Shown: in pieces, positions 50,501 to 64,000 of the stretch
Numbering within the stretch: the first letter of the stretch is position 1
Layout: every line of letters begins with the position of its first letter
From: Parasitella parasitica NRRL 2501
Taxonomy: Eukaryota > Fungi > Mucoromycota
DNA length: 64,000 nt
Assembly: GCA_025201805.1 (NCBI GenBank)
Contig: MU619296.1
Coordinates: 116,815 to 180,814, forward strand
Direction of reading: 5' to 3'
Notes under the pieces: generated by a model
The model's database searches: none
Told to the model about the DNA's origin: nothing
What the model saw: the letters and a program-made list of their open reading frames with translations, nothing else
Position numbers and translations under genes: made by a program

Positions 50501-50655
50501 TTGCACATCCGCTATTAGACAGTAGCAATGAAGGTTTATTCAGAAATAATCCAAATAATCCCTTTTTTGGGATACCCACTTCAATGGATTGGACCGAATG
50601 GAACGAATGGAGTCAAAGCAATCAAGGAAACACAACTTGGCAGCCACCTGCTTGA
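47536..50655 (+). CDS. Zn(II)2Cys6 transcription factor with fungal TF middle-homology domain; multi-exon
   Basis: RITRAC|DYCRKKKVKC...PCSNC...C; micro-exon AKKRGPPKG; YFANIHPVLPVV; AQGLGLNR; RKRIWWSLYVADR..S..LGRP. Confidence 0.93.
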
Positions 50656-50789
50656 AGCCCTACACCAGTTGTGCAATAAAATATGTGACCATCATGTAAA
50701 TTTTAAGCCTATATCTCAATGAATGTTTTTCGAACCAGTGGGTGTTCTACTTCTTCTTCTTCTTTGCATGCCTAGTATATTGCTTATTG

Positions 50790-50824
<35 letters not shown>

Positions 50825-50841
50825 GCAAAAAATAGCAAAAA

Positions 50842-53033
50842 ATGGCAGATACGAAAGTTTCGTTGGAACCGAGGCAGGTAAAAATAAAAGAGCATTAGTG
50901 CCCGCATTACTCTGTAATTAACAACGGCAATGTGCAGAAACGAATACGACATTTACAATCAATAGCAGCTCGGAACATTGTATGGAAAACCATCCAAGAC
51001 CACGATCAGGACGACTCTCTGTGGCCATCGTCGGCAAGCAGTATGAAGAGGTCTGAAAGCACGACATCAATAAACACGGCAACTGCTGTAGAGGACTCCT
51101 CGTTGATGAAGAGAGCCTATCAAAAAAGCGAGCATGCATATAGTCTAGGTCTTCTAGACGCCTATTTCACCCTTTCTACTGGCAACATTTGCCAGCCTGC
51201 ATTTTACAAAAGCGAAATGATACCCAATACTCTGAATCCCACATTTCGATCGCTGCCATGTCCGTTTGATTGGATGAATTGGTACGACACTGCATCAAGT
51301 ACACTCATCATCCGTCTTTGGACAAGACATTCCATACCTGAATCCGCTGGCCAACACACCGAACCCGTCCTGGGCTATGCAGACGATGATGATGATGATG
51401 ATGATGATGCCGATGATGGATTCCAGTTATTAGTCGAGTGGCAGGTCGATTTGAACGCGTTAGTATGGATAGGGAAATCAATGCAGCTCAAGTTTCCGGA
51501 AAACACACTTTTGGTCGAATTAGACGACGGATTTTATTCTGCTCCAGACATCAAGACATTCACTACTACTGGCCAGAGTAAAAGGTCCAGCTTGTTGGGT
51601 ACGGATTGTTCACAAGCAGAGACTTGCAGCATCCACACAGTGAGTTCGATGCACAGAAACAAACGATCTTACACTTACAACAATATCATCAAGTAAGAAA
51701 TTCTGTCCACTTGTGGTTTGCGCTGCTCATTACTCTCCAAATAGACTAAACACTTTTATCGACTGCATATTTGATACTCAAACGTCGTCAAACGAGATCA
51801 AGCAGAACATCCAGGACATTCTAGACCAGGAAGACAGAGGATTTCGATTAAGCCGAGAACTAAACCAACACAAAGCAAACCTGATTGAAAAGGAATACAA
51901 ATTGATGCAGCAAAAGAAGCTGATGGTGCAAAAGAGAGAGAGCATAAAGCAAAAAAAAAGGGAGATAGATGCTCGTAAAACGGACTTGCTGGATTCGGTC
52001 CAGAGACACGATGAGGGCTTGAACGATTTACAGGAAAATGAGCTCGTGCTGGAAAAGAATATCAAAATGCGACAAAACATGTTCCACACGTTGAGCAGAA
52101 GAAAGAAAGAATTGATTGCTGATTTATTCTCTATATACCCCATAGAACAGGTAAGAAGAAATTCCATTTTTTTAACCTCTCCCCACCTTAAACTATATGT
52201 TGATATCTATATAAAAAGTCATATGATGATTCGCAACAGTTTCGCATTCGAGGTATCTACTTGCCAAACTCGGTGTACGATGGTCAAAATGACGAAATGA
52301 TAGCCACGGCACTCGGCTTCACTGCTCATTTGGTGTCCATGTTGGCTTACTATCTTGAAATTCCCCTGAGATACCCAACCACGCCCATGAGTTCGAGGTC
52401 AACCATAGCAGACTTGGTTTCCTTGATCAGTGGTTCGAGAGAGTTAGTATCTGCATGTTACAGAAACATTATGCGATGTTGAATGGATTACTTAGGTTCC
52501 CGTTGTATGCCAAAGGCGTTGATCGTTATCGGTTTGAGTTTGGCGTGTTTTTGTTAAACAAGAATATTGAGCAGGTAAGAATCATACGATTTTAACTAGA
52601 CAGTGAGAAAAAAAAAAAACTAAGCTTCTTGACAAAGCTAATGAACGCCTATGGTCTGATTGTCATTGATCTGCGACATACACTGCCAAATATACACTAC
52701 TTTATTCAAGCTATTCTCACGACATCAGTGACATCTAAACCTACTTCAATGTCTGTGCTGTCAATATCATCTTATGCCAACGGTGGACATGCAACGAACG
52801 ATGAAAACGGTGCGATACGACAGGACCATAATCATCTCACTTTACAACCAAATGCACTGCCCCAACCTCCTTCCCCTTCCATCTCTACCCAATCTATTAA
52901 TACCTTTACTCATTCACCAAAGTCATCCATCAGTTACCCCTCTGCCAAATTTTTAAATACGCCTCAAACATTGGCCGCTCCAGCATTGTTGGATGCAATA
53001 ACTACGTCTTCAAGTAGCCACTCGACATTTTGA
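50842..53033 (+). CDS. UVRAG/Vps38-like subunit of PI3K complex II; multi-exon
   Basis: MADTKVSLEPRQ|KRIRHLQSIAARN, YKSEMIPNTLNPTF (C2-like), coiled coil, IYPIE, ALGFTAHLVSMLAYYL..PLRYP, RFEFGVFLLNKNIEQL, DLRHTLPN. Confidence 0.88.
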
Positions 53034-53397
53034 AATAAAACAAAAGAGATTTTCTTTGAATAATAGCAGCGAATCAATCGATCAGCTTGAGAGCTTGATG
53101 AATACTACATTGCTGGGACTTGCTACCACTGCACATTGTAGGTACACATGGAGATGTTTAGCCTGTAAAATAGCGCTTCAGTCCAATATGAACTTTAAAC
53201 AGTGCGAAGCTTTTGTATCAGATTACCTAGTTGATTGGTAAAAGCATTTATGCTGGTGATGACTATTACTTGGTAGTACCTAGTCCATCTCAAAAGAATC
53301 TAATTTCATTTAACAATCCGCAAAATGTTTTAAATGTTTTATTGTGCTAGGGTGGGTTCTCTTGAATGATGGATCTCATCTCTTTCGCTTGTTCATC

Positions 53398-54712
53398 ATG
53401 GTTACTGTTGGTATCGTCGGCGTCGGCCTTGTAGGCTCTGAATTAGTCTCTCAAATCTTGAAGTCATCCTACAAGGACGTATTTAAAGTTGTCGGTTTGG
53501 CCACTTCTCAAAAGATGGTTGTTTCTGATGCCCAGTATACGTCATTGTCTATTGATCAAAAATCTGAACTTCGCTCTACTGTAATTGCCAGTAACGTTCA
53601 AACAGATCTCGCTCAATTCGCAGACTATCTTGCCAAGTCAAGCGAGCACTCTGTGATTGTGGATTGCACTGCTTCGGAAGACGTTGCTAACCTTTATCCC
53701 ACATGGCTCCGTGCTGGCCTCAGTGTTGTGACACCCAACAAGAAGGCTTTCTCCAGTTCCCTTGATCTTTTCAAAGAAATTCAGGATCTTGCCGTTAACA
53801 CCAGCCAGACAAAGAAGGGAAGGTCTCCGTTGATCTACCATGAAACTACTGTTGGCGCTGGATTGCCCGTGCTGTCTACGTTGACTGATTTTGTTAGAAC
53901 TGGTGATGAGATTGAGAAGATTGAAGGTATCTTTTCAGGCACCTTGAGTTATCTCTTCAACAATTTCTCCACTTTGACATCTACTGCCGCTACTCCTAAA
54001 CCATTCTCGGAAACCGTTCGTGTGGCCAAGGATTTGGGCTACACTGAGCCTGATCCTAGAGATGATTTGAACGGCATGGATGTTGCTCGCAAGGTAAAGT
54101 TGTCATTGCAGACTTATAGAGCGGGGGGTGGAGGCGGAGGAAATGTGCATCTCAACATTTGCAACTAGGTTACTATCTGTGGTAGATTGGCTGGTCTCGA
54201 ACTGGATTTATCCACTCTTCCTGTCGAAAACATTGTGCCTAAAGAACTCCAATCGATCAAATCAACCGATGAATTCATGGCCAAATTACCTGAATATGAT
54301 GGCCACTTTTCCAAATTAAATGCTGAGGCTTTAAAAGAGAATCAGGTTCTCCGTTACGTTGGTTTGGTTGATGTTCGAGGTGGACAAAGTGGTGTCAAGT
54401 TGGCCAAGTAAGCGCTTTTCATCCATGTGATTTTGTAAATGTTGATTTTTTTTTTTTTTTTTTTTCTCAGGTATCCTGCCACTCATCCTTTTGCCTCTCT
54501 CCAAGGCAGTGATAACATTATCAAATTTACCACTAAATATTTCCCCAACGGTGTTATTATTCAGGTATGTTCTGCCAAAGTAGGTGTATTGTAAATAAGA
54601 GTAATAATGGTAACAATGTATGTAATAGGGTGCTGGTGCCGGTGCTGCAGTTACAGCTTATGGTATTTTCACTGATCTTTTGAAGATTCAGGAACGTGTC
54701 GAAGGCTTTTAA
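53398..54712 (+). CDS. HOM6: Homoserine dehydrogenase; multi-exon
   Basis: GVGLVG, VVTPNKKA, ETTVGAGLP, GIFSGTLSY, GYTEPDPRDDLNGMDVARK, QGAGAGAAVTA. Confidence 0.96.
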
Positions 54713-54725
54713 AATAAACGAGATG

Positions 54726-55519
54726 CTAGAGTATATTGCAATTGGTTTCACGGTCATGTGAAGAAGAATTCAATTTAACTAGATTTGTACAAGACAATAA
54801 TGTTTAAAATTAGTAAGACAGTAGTGGGATGATTTTTTTTTCTTTTCCTGGTACCTGAAAGTGCTACCTTGGCTGTTTCTTGGAAGCACTCTTTGACACC
54901 ACGTTTATGCTTAGCAGAGCATTCTAAATATCTCAACGCATTAATGCTTCTGGCCATTTCAACACCCTGTAATATGTAATCAGAGAAGATGCAATGTCAA
55001 ATTTTACTCTGCTGGCTGTGATTTCAAACCTACCTCTTCATATAATATTGTATTTCTCTTTTCTTCTCTTAAATCACATTTCAAGGCAACGAGAACGATT
55101 TTAGCGTGGGGCCCTCCATGCTCTGTCACTTCATCCAGCCATTTATCAGGTATGTTTTGAAACGAATCTCGATTTTCTACCGAGAAGCACAGCATAAACA
55201 CATGTGTATTTTCATAAGACATTAGTCGAATCCTATCAAATTCCTCCTGCCCTGCCGTATCATACAAAGAAAGATTGATCGTTTGCTGATCTACAGTGAT
55301 TTCCTGGACATAGTTTTCGAATACGGTGGGCTCATAAACCTGAACAACATAGATGATATTAGAACATGGAAGGGATTTCGCATAATAAGGAACCCGAACC
55401 TGAGGGAAATAATCTCTAGTAAAGACATTTAGCAACGACGTCTTCCCGCAGGCACCATCTCCACATACAACAAGTTTTCGATTTTCTGTTTTGATTTCGT
55501 TTTTTCCGCACAACAACAT
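54726..55519 (-). CDS. RHO3: Rho3 GTPase; three introns, ending CNIL* (CaaX)
   Basis: N-terminal LCG (Rho3-type Cys), GDGACGKTSLLNVFTR, YEPTVFENY, DTAGQEEFDR, LKCDLR, YLECSAK; last exon ...DRETNCNIL*. Confidence 0.92.
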
Positions 55520-55740
55520 CTGACTTGGTCTGTTGCGATGAGAAAAAGAGAAAAGATGCTTCTAATAGCGGCAGATTTGAGTCTTGTTCTTAACATACTG
55601 TTACTAATGATTTGGCCAGCCGCTAATGAACACATTCTGATGACGGCATCTTGCTTGTTTCTGTTTATAAAAATCTTTACATTTTACCAAAAAAAAAACC
55701 CTTTTTGTTTTTGTACACATACAGTTTTATACACATAAAA

Positions 55741-57138
55741 ATGTCTGCTACAACAACTGTTTATGTTGGTAACCTCGATCAAAGGTACAAATCAGATTGA
55801 AAGTAGGCTGTATTTTACTGAACTTGTCTTGTAGAGTGACTGATGACATGTTGCTTCAGTATTTCGCACCCATGGGTGCTGTAGCAAGTACTAAAATTGT
55901 CGCTGTAAGTTGGGGTATGCAAATTAAAATGCAAATACGCGTGCTCATTGTAAAATTGTCCATTATAGATGCACAAACACGGTCATTTTGTACGTTTCTA
56001 TTCATCCTGTCATTTTGGGACCAAAATCCAGTAGTTAACATGTCCCTTTTNNNNNNNNNNNNNNNCAGCCTAGCGTCAATTATGGTTTTGTTGAATTTGT
56101 TGAACCTGCTGGTGCTGATAAAGCTATCCAAGAGCTGAATGGCTGCAAGGTTTTAGACTATGTAAGTTCAGTGCTACTATGCCCAAAGTACGGGCTGGAT
56201 GGGATCCGAAGAAAATTTTTACTCAACCCATTCTACATGTAGGAGATCAAAGTTAACTGGGCCCAACAAGGCCAACAAACTCAAAAGGAAGAGGTCCCTA
56301 ACCACCATCAAATTTTCATTGGCGATCTTGCACCTGAAATTACCGATGACTTATTATCCCAAGCTTTCGGTGTGTTTGGTAACTTGGTGTAAGTTTTTTT
56401 TTTTTTTGTACACTGAAAAGGATTCTTATTGAATTTCACATGATTTCGTGATTAGAAACGCTCATGTTATGAGGGACACCATGTCTGGGAACTCTAGAGG
56501 TTTCGGCTTCGTTGCTTATCGTGAAAAATCTGAAGCTGATCAAGCGATTGCTTCTATGAACGGTGAATTATTAGGATCTCGCAATATTCGTGTTAACTGG
56601 GCTACTCAAAAGGGTCAATCTGAAGCCCCTCCTCCTCGCCCTGGGCAGCAGCTTCCTTACGAAATTGTCCTCCAACAAACACCTGCCTATTTCACTAGCG
56701 TTTACATTGGCAATTTATCTCCCAACACTTCTGATAATGATTTGTTACAACCTTTCCAAAGATTTGGTTTCATCCAAGAAGTTAAATTGCAAGCTGACAG
56801 AGGATTTGCTTTCGTCAAGTGAGTAAATCCTGTTAGTGAATCAGAATTTCCATGGCTTATTTTATTTTGTTACAGGTTGGATACACACGAAAACGCTGCC
56901 AATGCTATTGTTCACTTACAAGGTATAAATATCAAAGGTCGTGAAGCCAAGGTGAGTTTTATTTAGCCAACGAGAGATGACGAAAAGCCAAATCTGATTT
57001 ATTTCTTCAAATTATTGCGAATAGTTATCATGGGGTAAGGATCGTGCTCCCAACAACTATTCTGTGTACAACAATGGTTATAACAACGGTGGTCCACGTC
57101 AACAAAGCAATAGCTGGCGTCAAGACAATAGAAATTAA
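55741..57138 (+). CDS. PUB1: Three-RRM poly(U)-binding protein (Pub1/TIA-1 family); multi-exon
   Basis: VYVGNLD, NYGFVEF, EIKVNWA, IFIGDL, SRGFGFVAY, RNIRVNWATQK, VYIGNL, DRGFAFVK, KLSWGK. Confidence 0.9.
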
Positions 57139-57814
57139 ATAGCTTTTTTTTTATTATAATAATGCTCCTTTCATATCGTAATTAACACATTATAAATATA
57201 TCAACAGCAACACACTCACAAACGCACAGGCACAAGCAAAAACGAAACAAACTTTTTTCTNNNNNNNNNNNNNNNNNNNNNNNNNNNNNNNNNNNNNNNN
57301 NNNNNNNNNNAAAAACCGATATATTCACATCTGCATAAAAATAGTGTTACGTAAATATAGTAGCCTAGTCCTTTGTTCATTTGCTTGCAGTGTATACTCC
57401 TCTGCACATTACATTTGCAGCTTTGAGCCGAGACGCGATATAGTTCCCTTACGCAAATATTACACCTTTGAAAGGCCTATCTTGAATAGTCTATGCTGTG
57501 AATAAATAGATAGACCTACGACATGACCCATTTACAGTAGCGATTCGATTGAGCGTATATATTAGTGCGATTTCTCTCTTGGATAATGTCGTTCTGTTCA
57601 GAGACCAAAGCATAGAAATCAGACTTCTTTTGTAATGTTCGGAATGTTTACGAAAATAAGAAGGCACTGATTTATTGAATAAATTGTTGGGAGTAGCACT
57701 ACTGTTGCTTATAAATGCGGCAACAGAAGGAGATATAAATCAATCGAAACAAAATGATAGATGCGAATTCAAACTAGATAGTCGATGTACTGGTTACTGT
57801 TACCACGCCCTCTG

Positions 57815-57885
<71 letters not shown>

Positions 57886-58386
57886 ACCATTTAGCGATAT
57901 TCGTTACCTGTTTTCAAATACTACACTTCAACAGAGCTAGAACAGCGTATTAATTATAGAAAATTGATGCAACAGCTAATCGTCGATATATGCTTCAGAT
58001 ATTAATGATCTGCCATAATATAAAATGGGAAATCATGATAATGTGCTTCAATTGAAGATTGGAGATTGTCCAATGATGTGTTGCTATACTCGTCGAAACA
58101 GGAGAATAAAGTCTCTGTTTCAAATCAAGAAGGTTATATTGCAATATTTGAAATTGTGTATCTAAGGTTTTACGAATATAATAAGATAATCCTTTATTTA
58201 GTAAAAATGATATGATTATTTATACTTTAACAATTCGGTGATGGATATTTAATACAGTTATTCGGTTGTAAATATTGAATATAGTATAGCAAAGGACTTG
58301 ATACTAGAATAGTAATGATTGTAAGGTACGACCCTTGATCTCAATTTGGTAAGTGTCTTGGTGCATCTAAACGGTTACCACATATC

Positions 58387-59323
58387 TGTAACACAGATCT
58401 GTATGATTGACAAACAATAAGATGCTGTCAAATCAAAGATCAATAGCCTTGTAGTATGATAATACATTGGACTCTGTTGAGGATATGATGTTGCTTGCAA
58501 ATTACTCTTATCAATTAGTATCGACTAGTATTTTGAATAAATCACCAAATATTTATGTGCTTGTAAAAAGTATAGATAATAGACGCAAAATTGAATATTT
58601 AATAAAGAAATCTCTAATCTTAGTATCTCGTTGATTCAACGTTCTATTTTATACTTTTCTTATTTTCGATCTTGCAGATCTCAACATATGCCATATTATT
58701 TTACGGTCAGATGTTTCATTACTTTTTAATATGAGTTTATTATATAGCATATATTAGTATCTTGGAGAATTGATACATATATATCATTACTGATTTTAAG
58801 AAAGGTAAGATTGGAGGATGATGGGATTAATGAAAGTGCGGGTATAATATCCATATTTTATAGATCGATCATCAGTTCATGCTATATTGAATCATGAGTG
58901 TACTACTCAATGGGTATCAGCTGTGTACATAGTCGGAAGAATAGAATAGCCAACATATAAGATAAGAAATGAATCTTAACAAATCACAATACATGCAAGT
59001 CAATGTATAATATAGCCTGATATTTTGATCAAAGATCTCAATATAATAGTGAGGTTATAAAAGATCGATAGAATATTCTTTGAAGATTGATGATGATAGA
59101 GATGTGATAGTGGGAACTATATAAAGAGGGCATCAATCTGTAATCATTAGAGTTCTCCAGTCTGAACAAAATAATAAATCTATACATTATCTAGTTGATC
59201 TATCTTGTTTATATATATATATATATTTGAATATCTTTATATCAAGTATATTCCACAGAATGCATTATTATGTAAATTATGAAGCAAAAATGCCTAATAT
59301 GTTCGTTGTAAATTAGCTCTACA
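58387..59323 (+). mobile_element. LTR-like remnant; boundaries uncertain
   Basis: CTATATAAAGAGGG (about 59118) followed by AATAAA (about 59173). TGTA...TACA with a flanking TATC 4-mer is one possible boundary but could arise by chance. Confidence 0.4.
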
Positions 59324-60114
59324 TATCAATGTAAATACTGGCATGCTGACTGCCTATGTTCAAACAAAGTCGGAAAATGATTATGTATTTTTAATTCTGT
59401 TTATTATTTTTTTTTTCATTACTGTTTTTCTCATAAAATCGCGATTAATTTGGCTAAGTCAACCCTAAAATCCTAAAAACAAAAAAACAGGGTTTCCCCC
59501 TGTTTTGATGTTAGGCGGAGCTTGAAATTCGACCAAAAATAGAAATTGGTAGAATTTCAAGGAATACCACCCCTAAACAGCCAAAAAATGCCTTACCACA
59601 CTTCAAAGCTTAGGATAAAATGGCCCATCTCAAGAACTGCTAGAGTAAGCACAGTAGATGAGTAGAAACAGCCTACATGCTCCTGTATGACCTGGATAGA
59701 GATCTAATGTCAAGTTTCAATGATAGGCTATCCACTTGACATGAAGAGAGAACCAAAACTACAAATGCAAAACAAAAAAGATTTTTCAGTTAGTAAAAAA
59801 GCTCTTACAAAACATAATAAGAAGTGATATTACCTGAAGGAACTACTGCACCAGAAACACACCATCTTTTATATTGTTTTCTTGTGATAGGTTCTATAAA
59901 AAAAAGCAAATGAGAGTGTTAGTTATGTTTATTTTTTAAAAAACGTGGGTAATATTTACTGTTTTTAAAGAAATAAAGCGACTTTACCCACAACCAAAGA
60001 GGTACAGCGTATAAAACCAGCAGTAATGAACACAAATTCCACGCGTTTGCATTGTAGATATTCAAGCATAAGAGTATATAATAGTAACATAATAGCGGAA
60101 TAGAAGTAAGGAAG

Positions 60115-60146
<32 letters not shown>

Positions 60147-60149
60147 GTG

Positions 60150-60180
<31 letters not shown>

Positions 60181-61535
60181 AAAGGAGGCGTAGCCATAAT
60201 TTTTAATACGCCTGTGACCTTATTTTTGCGTGAACAGTAAATGCATGCAAACCAGTAAACAATATAAACTGATAAAACTAAGGTAAAAACTATAATCTGG
60301 TGCACCAAAGCTAAACGACAAGATAACCTTGGTGTTGTGGAATATGATACTTTTTATGTATTGAAAATTGGTTGCTTGAATGAAAAGCTATTTCAATTTA
60401 AAGCCTTGATGAAAAGAGGACAAAATGGGAAAAACAGCTACGTCAAGTCTCATAGTTTTTTTGTGAACTATTGGTTATGACAGCTAGGTTTGGATGCATT
60501 GTAGCATTCGAATGGTGTATTATAATTGACATGTGGGTTGTTTCTCTTGTCTCTACACTGCTCAATACAAACAAGCGAAATTGAGAAATCTGCGACATGA
60601 AGCAGTATCATTTTCAAAATATTACGGTTATAAGGTATGTTTTGTTTTTTATTGGTATTGTATTCAAAATATAAAGATGCTGATCTATCTTTTAGTACTG
60701 ATTTCTTGAAAGAGAGACGGTTTTATACCGATGTATTATGGGATAGTTACCAGATATATCTCTAAAGCCTTTGATTGAGCACGGGGCTGAATTTAAAAAA
60801 GCAAGCGCATTTTTAGGTTTTAAATAATTTAGTTAGCCAAAAAACCCAATTCGAAACACTTTGATTGCATATTTGATGCCAAATTCAATACAAAGTCTCC
60901 AAGCATAATACGACACATTGATACAAGAGTTGGTGTGCTCTGTCTAACTGTGCAAAGATTACAGTGAACTGTTTTGAAAAATAATGGATGAAACAGAAAA
61001 GCCGAAATTCTGTTTTTTAGTCCAAAATGCCTGATTTTTGATAGTCTAATGTTTGAGCAAAAATTGCGAAAGACATAATCCTACAGCTCATAAATATTAT
61101 GCAGTATTCTCTAGGTTTTTAGCTTTTTTTTTTACAATTTAACATTTATTCAGTTCATTGATCGAGTGGAGGAAAAACTACAAAATATATCGGTAATCAC
61201 AAGTGAGCCCTTTTTAGAGGTCGGGTAAACTGCATACCAAAAGCTTTCTTCCCCTATTGATATAGAGATCAAATTGTTCCTGGAGTTTAACAGAGCAAGC
61301 ATTATTGTACAATTGTATATAATCTTTTTTAAGAGAACATTTTTTCCCTTATAGTTTGGAATAGGTTCTCTTTATATATGGAAGATCATCTCCGTTTTCC
61401 CAATATAAAGCGCACAGCAAAATGTTGTGCTAATGTGTTACTTTAACGTGGTGATAAAGACTCTGAATAAAACTCCAATACACAACTGGAGAATTTTATA
61501 GACATAAGTGTTGATCAATCATTATCCACCTAACT

Positions 61536-63830
61536 TGCTATAAAATCAGCAAGATCTTGTTTTGGCAGTATCTCGACAACTAAAATAGATATTGGAATTC
61601 GGAAAGTGTGGTCTATAGTGTTATGATGTCAAAAGTCTGATAAAATAAATCTGCCAAAGAATTACACTTTTATTCATAATACATCTCTCGATGTATTATA
61701 TACATATTCATTACACTAGGGTTCTATACTGTATAACTGCATAATGTAAATCATGACTACCCATGATTTATTGTAAGACCCTGCGGGACTGATCATCTGA
61801 GATCCTGATGTGAGACCTTGCTATGTTATTGATGTAACATAGAGAAATAGTTATTGTATAATTTTCTTGGAACCCAGACCTGCATCTAAAAACGACTCTG
61901 AAGGTTTACCCAAAGTTGAAAATTGAAAATCGAATATGAGGTTTGAGGTTCAAACATAGCAAAAGCCGAAAAATGGTCAGAAATACATAAGACTCGGACA
62001 TGTTGTAGTAGAATGGTGCAAAAGGAAAATATTTTAGCTAAAGATTAAATCTCTATTGCTTAGCAGTTTTTAAATTTATTAGAGATTGTAAATTAAGTCT
62101 TTAAGCGGAAAAAAAGGTAATATTTCAGATTAGATGTTATTTATTTCATCCAAAGATAAAGGTATACAAAAATGGTTTTTGAGCCCGTATTATGCAGTAT
62201 CTCAGCTGTCTATTCATATGGAGACATACGCAAAGTACCTGTTAGAATGATACTTTGCTCCTCAATTGAAAATAGGTGTTTGACTCATTTACAGCAAAAA
62301 AAAAAAAAAAGACTGTAGATTGAATCTCAGCATTGTGCGTCCATTTGGCCCAAACCAAATTCTCAAAAATCTTGCAAACTTCACTACTAGATACCTCAAG
62401 AACGTAATAGATATATCGGATATGCGTACTAAGTGTTTTATAACAAAAAATAAATTTTGCATCCAACCATATACATCACAAGGGTATACAAACACTTTTT
62501 CTTATTAACAATTTTCAAATATTCAAAAAACGCCCTTTTTGATAGTTTTTGAGTAATATTAAGCATATTTTGAGCACATTCAGCTCTATAAAGTAGACTA
62601 AACAAATCATCATGTCAATATCTACTCATTAATACCTTTTTCACAACTGTAGCTCTAGTATGTCTGCCAAAAATCACAATCGTGTCTCAAACAAATTAAA
62701 TCTACGATTTTCCGGCCTTATACTTAGAAGGCCAAAATGAAGCCATTCAAAAGGGTAAGAATCAATTCCGTTTATCGAGATTTTCTCGCTCAGAAAGTGG
62801 TATTTTTTGACCAAATAAAAACCATTTGTTAGCTATGTTGTGGCTCTATTTTTGTATTGCTATATAATGTATTGTTATATACCATTTATTGCTCTGAAAG
62901 TTATGAAAATAAACTAAGCCTCTGCCAAAAACATATGAAAAAAATTTTTTTTCGACATATCTATCTAAAAAATAACGCATCTGGTAGATAATCAGATTTC
63001 AATAAGATTTTAATAATCACTCAAGCCAAAGTGTCATAGTAGTTTTTTGAGAAACAGGGGAACAAAGTTTAACGTAAAAAGACAAAATTGGCCCAAGCTT
63101 GTCGAATTCGAGCTTAAATACGACATTTTTATTACCAGTAGTTGTACTAGAGTGTGCTTTATTACTTTACTTAAGAACCTGAACTTGATTTAGTTGCCAA
63201 ATATGGTACTTGTTATAGGAACATATGCTGTAAAATCTGCAAAATCTGCAAAATCTAGTTTTGGCAATATCTCGACAGTAAAGATAGATATCAAGAATCG
63301 GAAGACATAGTGGCTTACAGTTATCATACCAGTACTTGAACCTATATTTGCCTTGAACCCCAAATCCGTACCTAAAAATGACTCTGAAGGTTGACCCAAA
63401 GTCGAAAACTAAAAATCGAATATGAGGTTTGGGGTCCTAACATAGCAAAATCTAAAAAATGGTCATACGTGCATAAAACTCGGATATGTTGTAAAAGGCT
63501 GCAAAAAAAAAAGATTTTGGCTGAAAGTTTTATCTCTATCGCTTAATAGTTTGTAAAGATATCAGAGATTATAGATATTATGCTTTGAAGCATGGAAAAA
63601 GGTGATGGTCATGATTAGGTGGCATCTATTTTAACCAGACCATAAAGCTACTACATAAAAATAACATTTGAAGTCATATTTTACAGCATCTTGGCTATTG
63701 ATTCATTTTTATACATAACCACATTGCTTATGGAATTTATGTTTTGCTCTTCAATTGAAATAGGTGCTTTGCTTCTAAAGGCCCTATATTCACACTGGTA
63801 AATTCAAGCTCAAAAATATGTTCCCATTGC
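61536..63830. repeat. Degenerate direct repeat: copy A about 61536-62345, copy B about 63226-63830
   Basis: Core 61870-62065 vs 63355-63550 shares e.g. GACTCTGAAGGTT.ACCCAAAGT.GAAAA and AAAATCGAATATGAGGTTTG. The flanks also align (TTTTGGCA.TATCTCGACA; TCAATTGAAA(A)TAGGTG). Confidence 0.85.
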
Positions 63831-64000
63831 AATACTTGCGCTAATATTTCTAAATAAATAATAAGTAAATATAGCAATTGTTATGCGCAGAGGATATATA
63901 AATATGATCTGCTCAAAAAAATGTATAACTAACTTTATAAAAATAAAATCAGACATAAAAACTAATTGTTGTATCCATAGAATACCATGGTTACCACTAT

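Noticed and set aside
2714-57138. U12-type (minor) introns
   Set aside because: No (G/A)TATCCTT donor seen at any inferred splice site.
59459-59480. AACCCTAAAATCCTAA telomere-like motif
   Set aside because: Fewer than two good units; expected by chance.
61619-61839. TGTTA...TAACA solo-LTR candidate
   Set aside because: No TSD, and its first 60 bp belong to the surrounding repeat family.

Overview
Eukaryotic, intron-rich fungal DNA. Short GT-AG introns, AT-rich spacers and protein style point to a Mucoromycota/Mucorales-type genome (inference). There are about 19 protein-coding genes: a partial gene at the left edge, kinesin-3, a Ser-rich orphan, a Sel1/Chs4-like gene, YME2, SFC1, CCP1, an RNase H-like protein, a MetR-like bZIP, two divergent flavodoxin-like quinone reductases, NMA111, an HDA1-like HDAC, POL32, an NAD kinase, a Zn2Cys6 factor, UVRAG/VPS38, HOM6, RHO3 and PUB1. 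Two RNA genes are absent from the ORF track: U1 snRNA (928-1090) and tRNA-Asn(GTT) (32629-32702, minus). A gene-free island (29.2-36.8 kb) holds TSD-flanked solo LTRs and a truncated Crypton-type tyrosine-recombinase element. A second gene-free region (57.2-64 kb) is built from a degenerate repeat family. The most notable items are an intact six-exon gene encoding an apparent RNase H1 fold with all four catalytic carboxylates replaced, a CCP1 with a natural Asp235->Glu change, a U1 snRNA with a variant U1-70K loop, and HOM6/RHO3 stop codons only 13 bp apart. All exon structures and alignments were done by eye; no searches were run.
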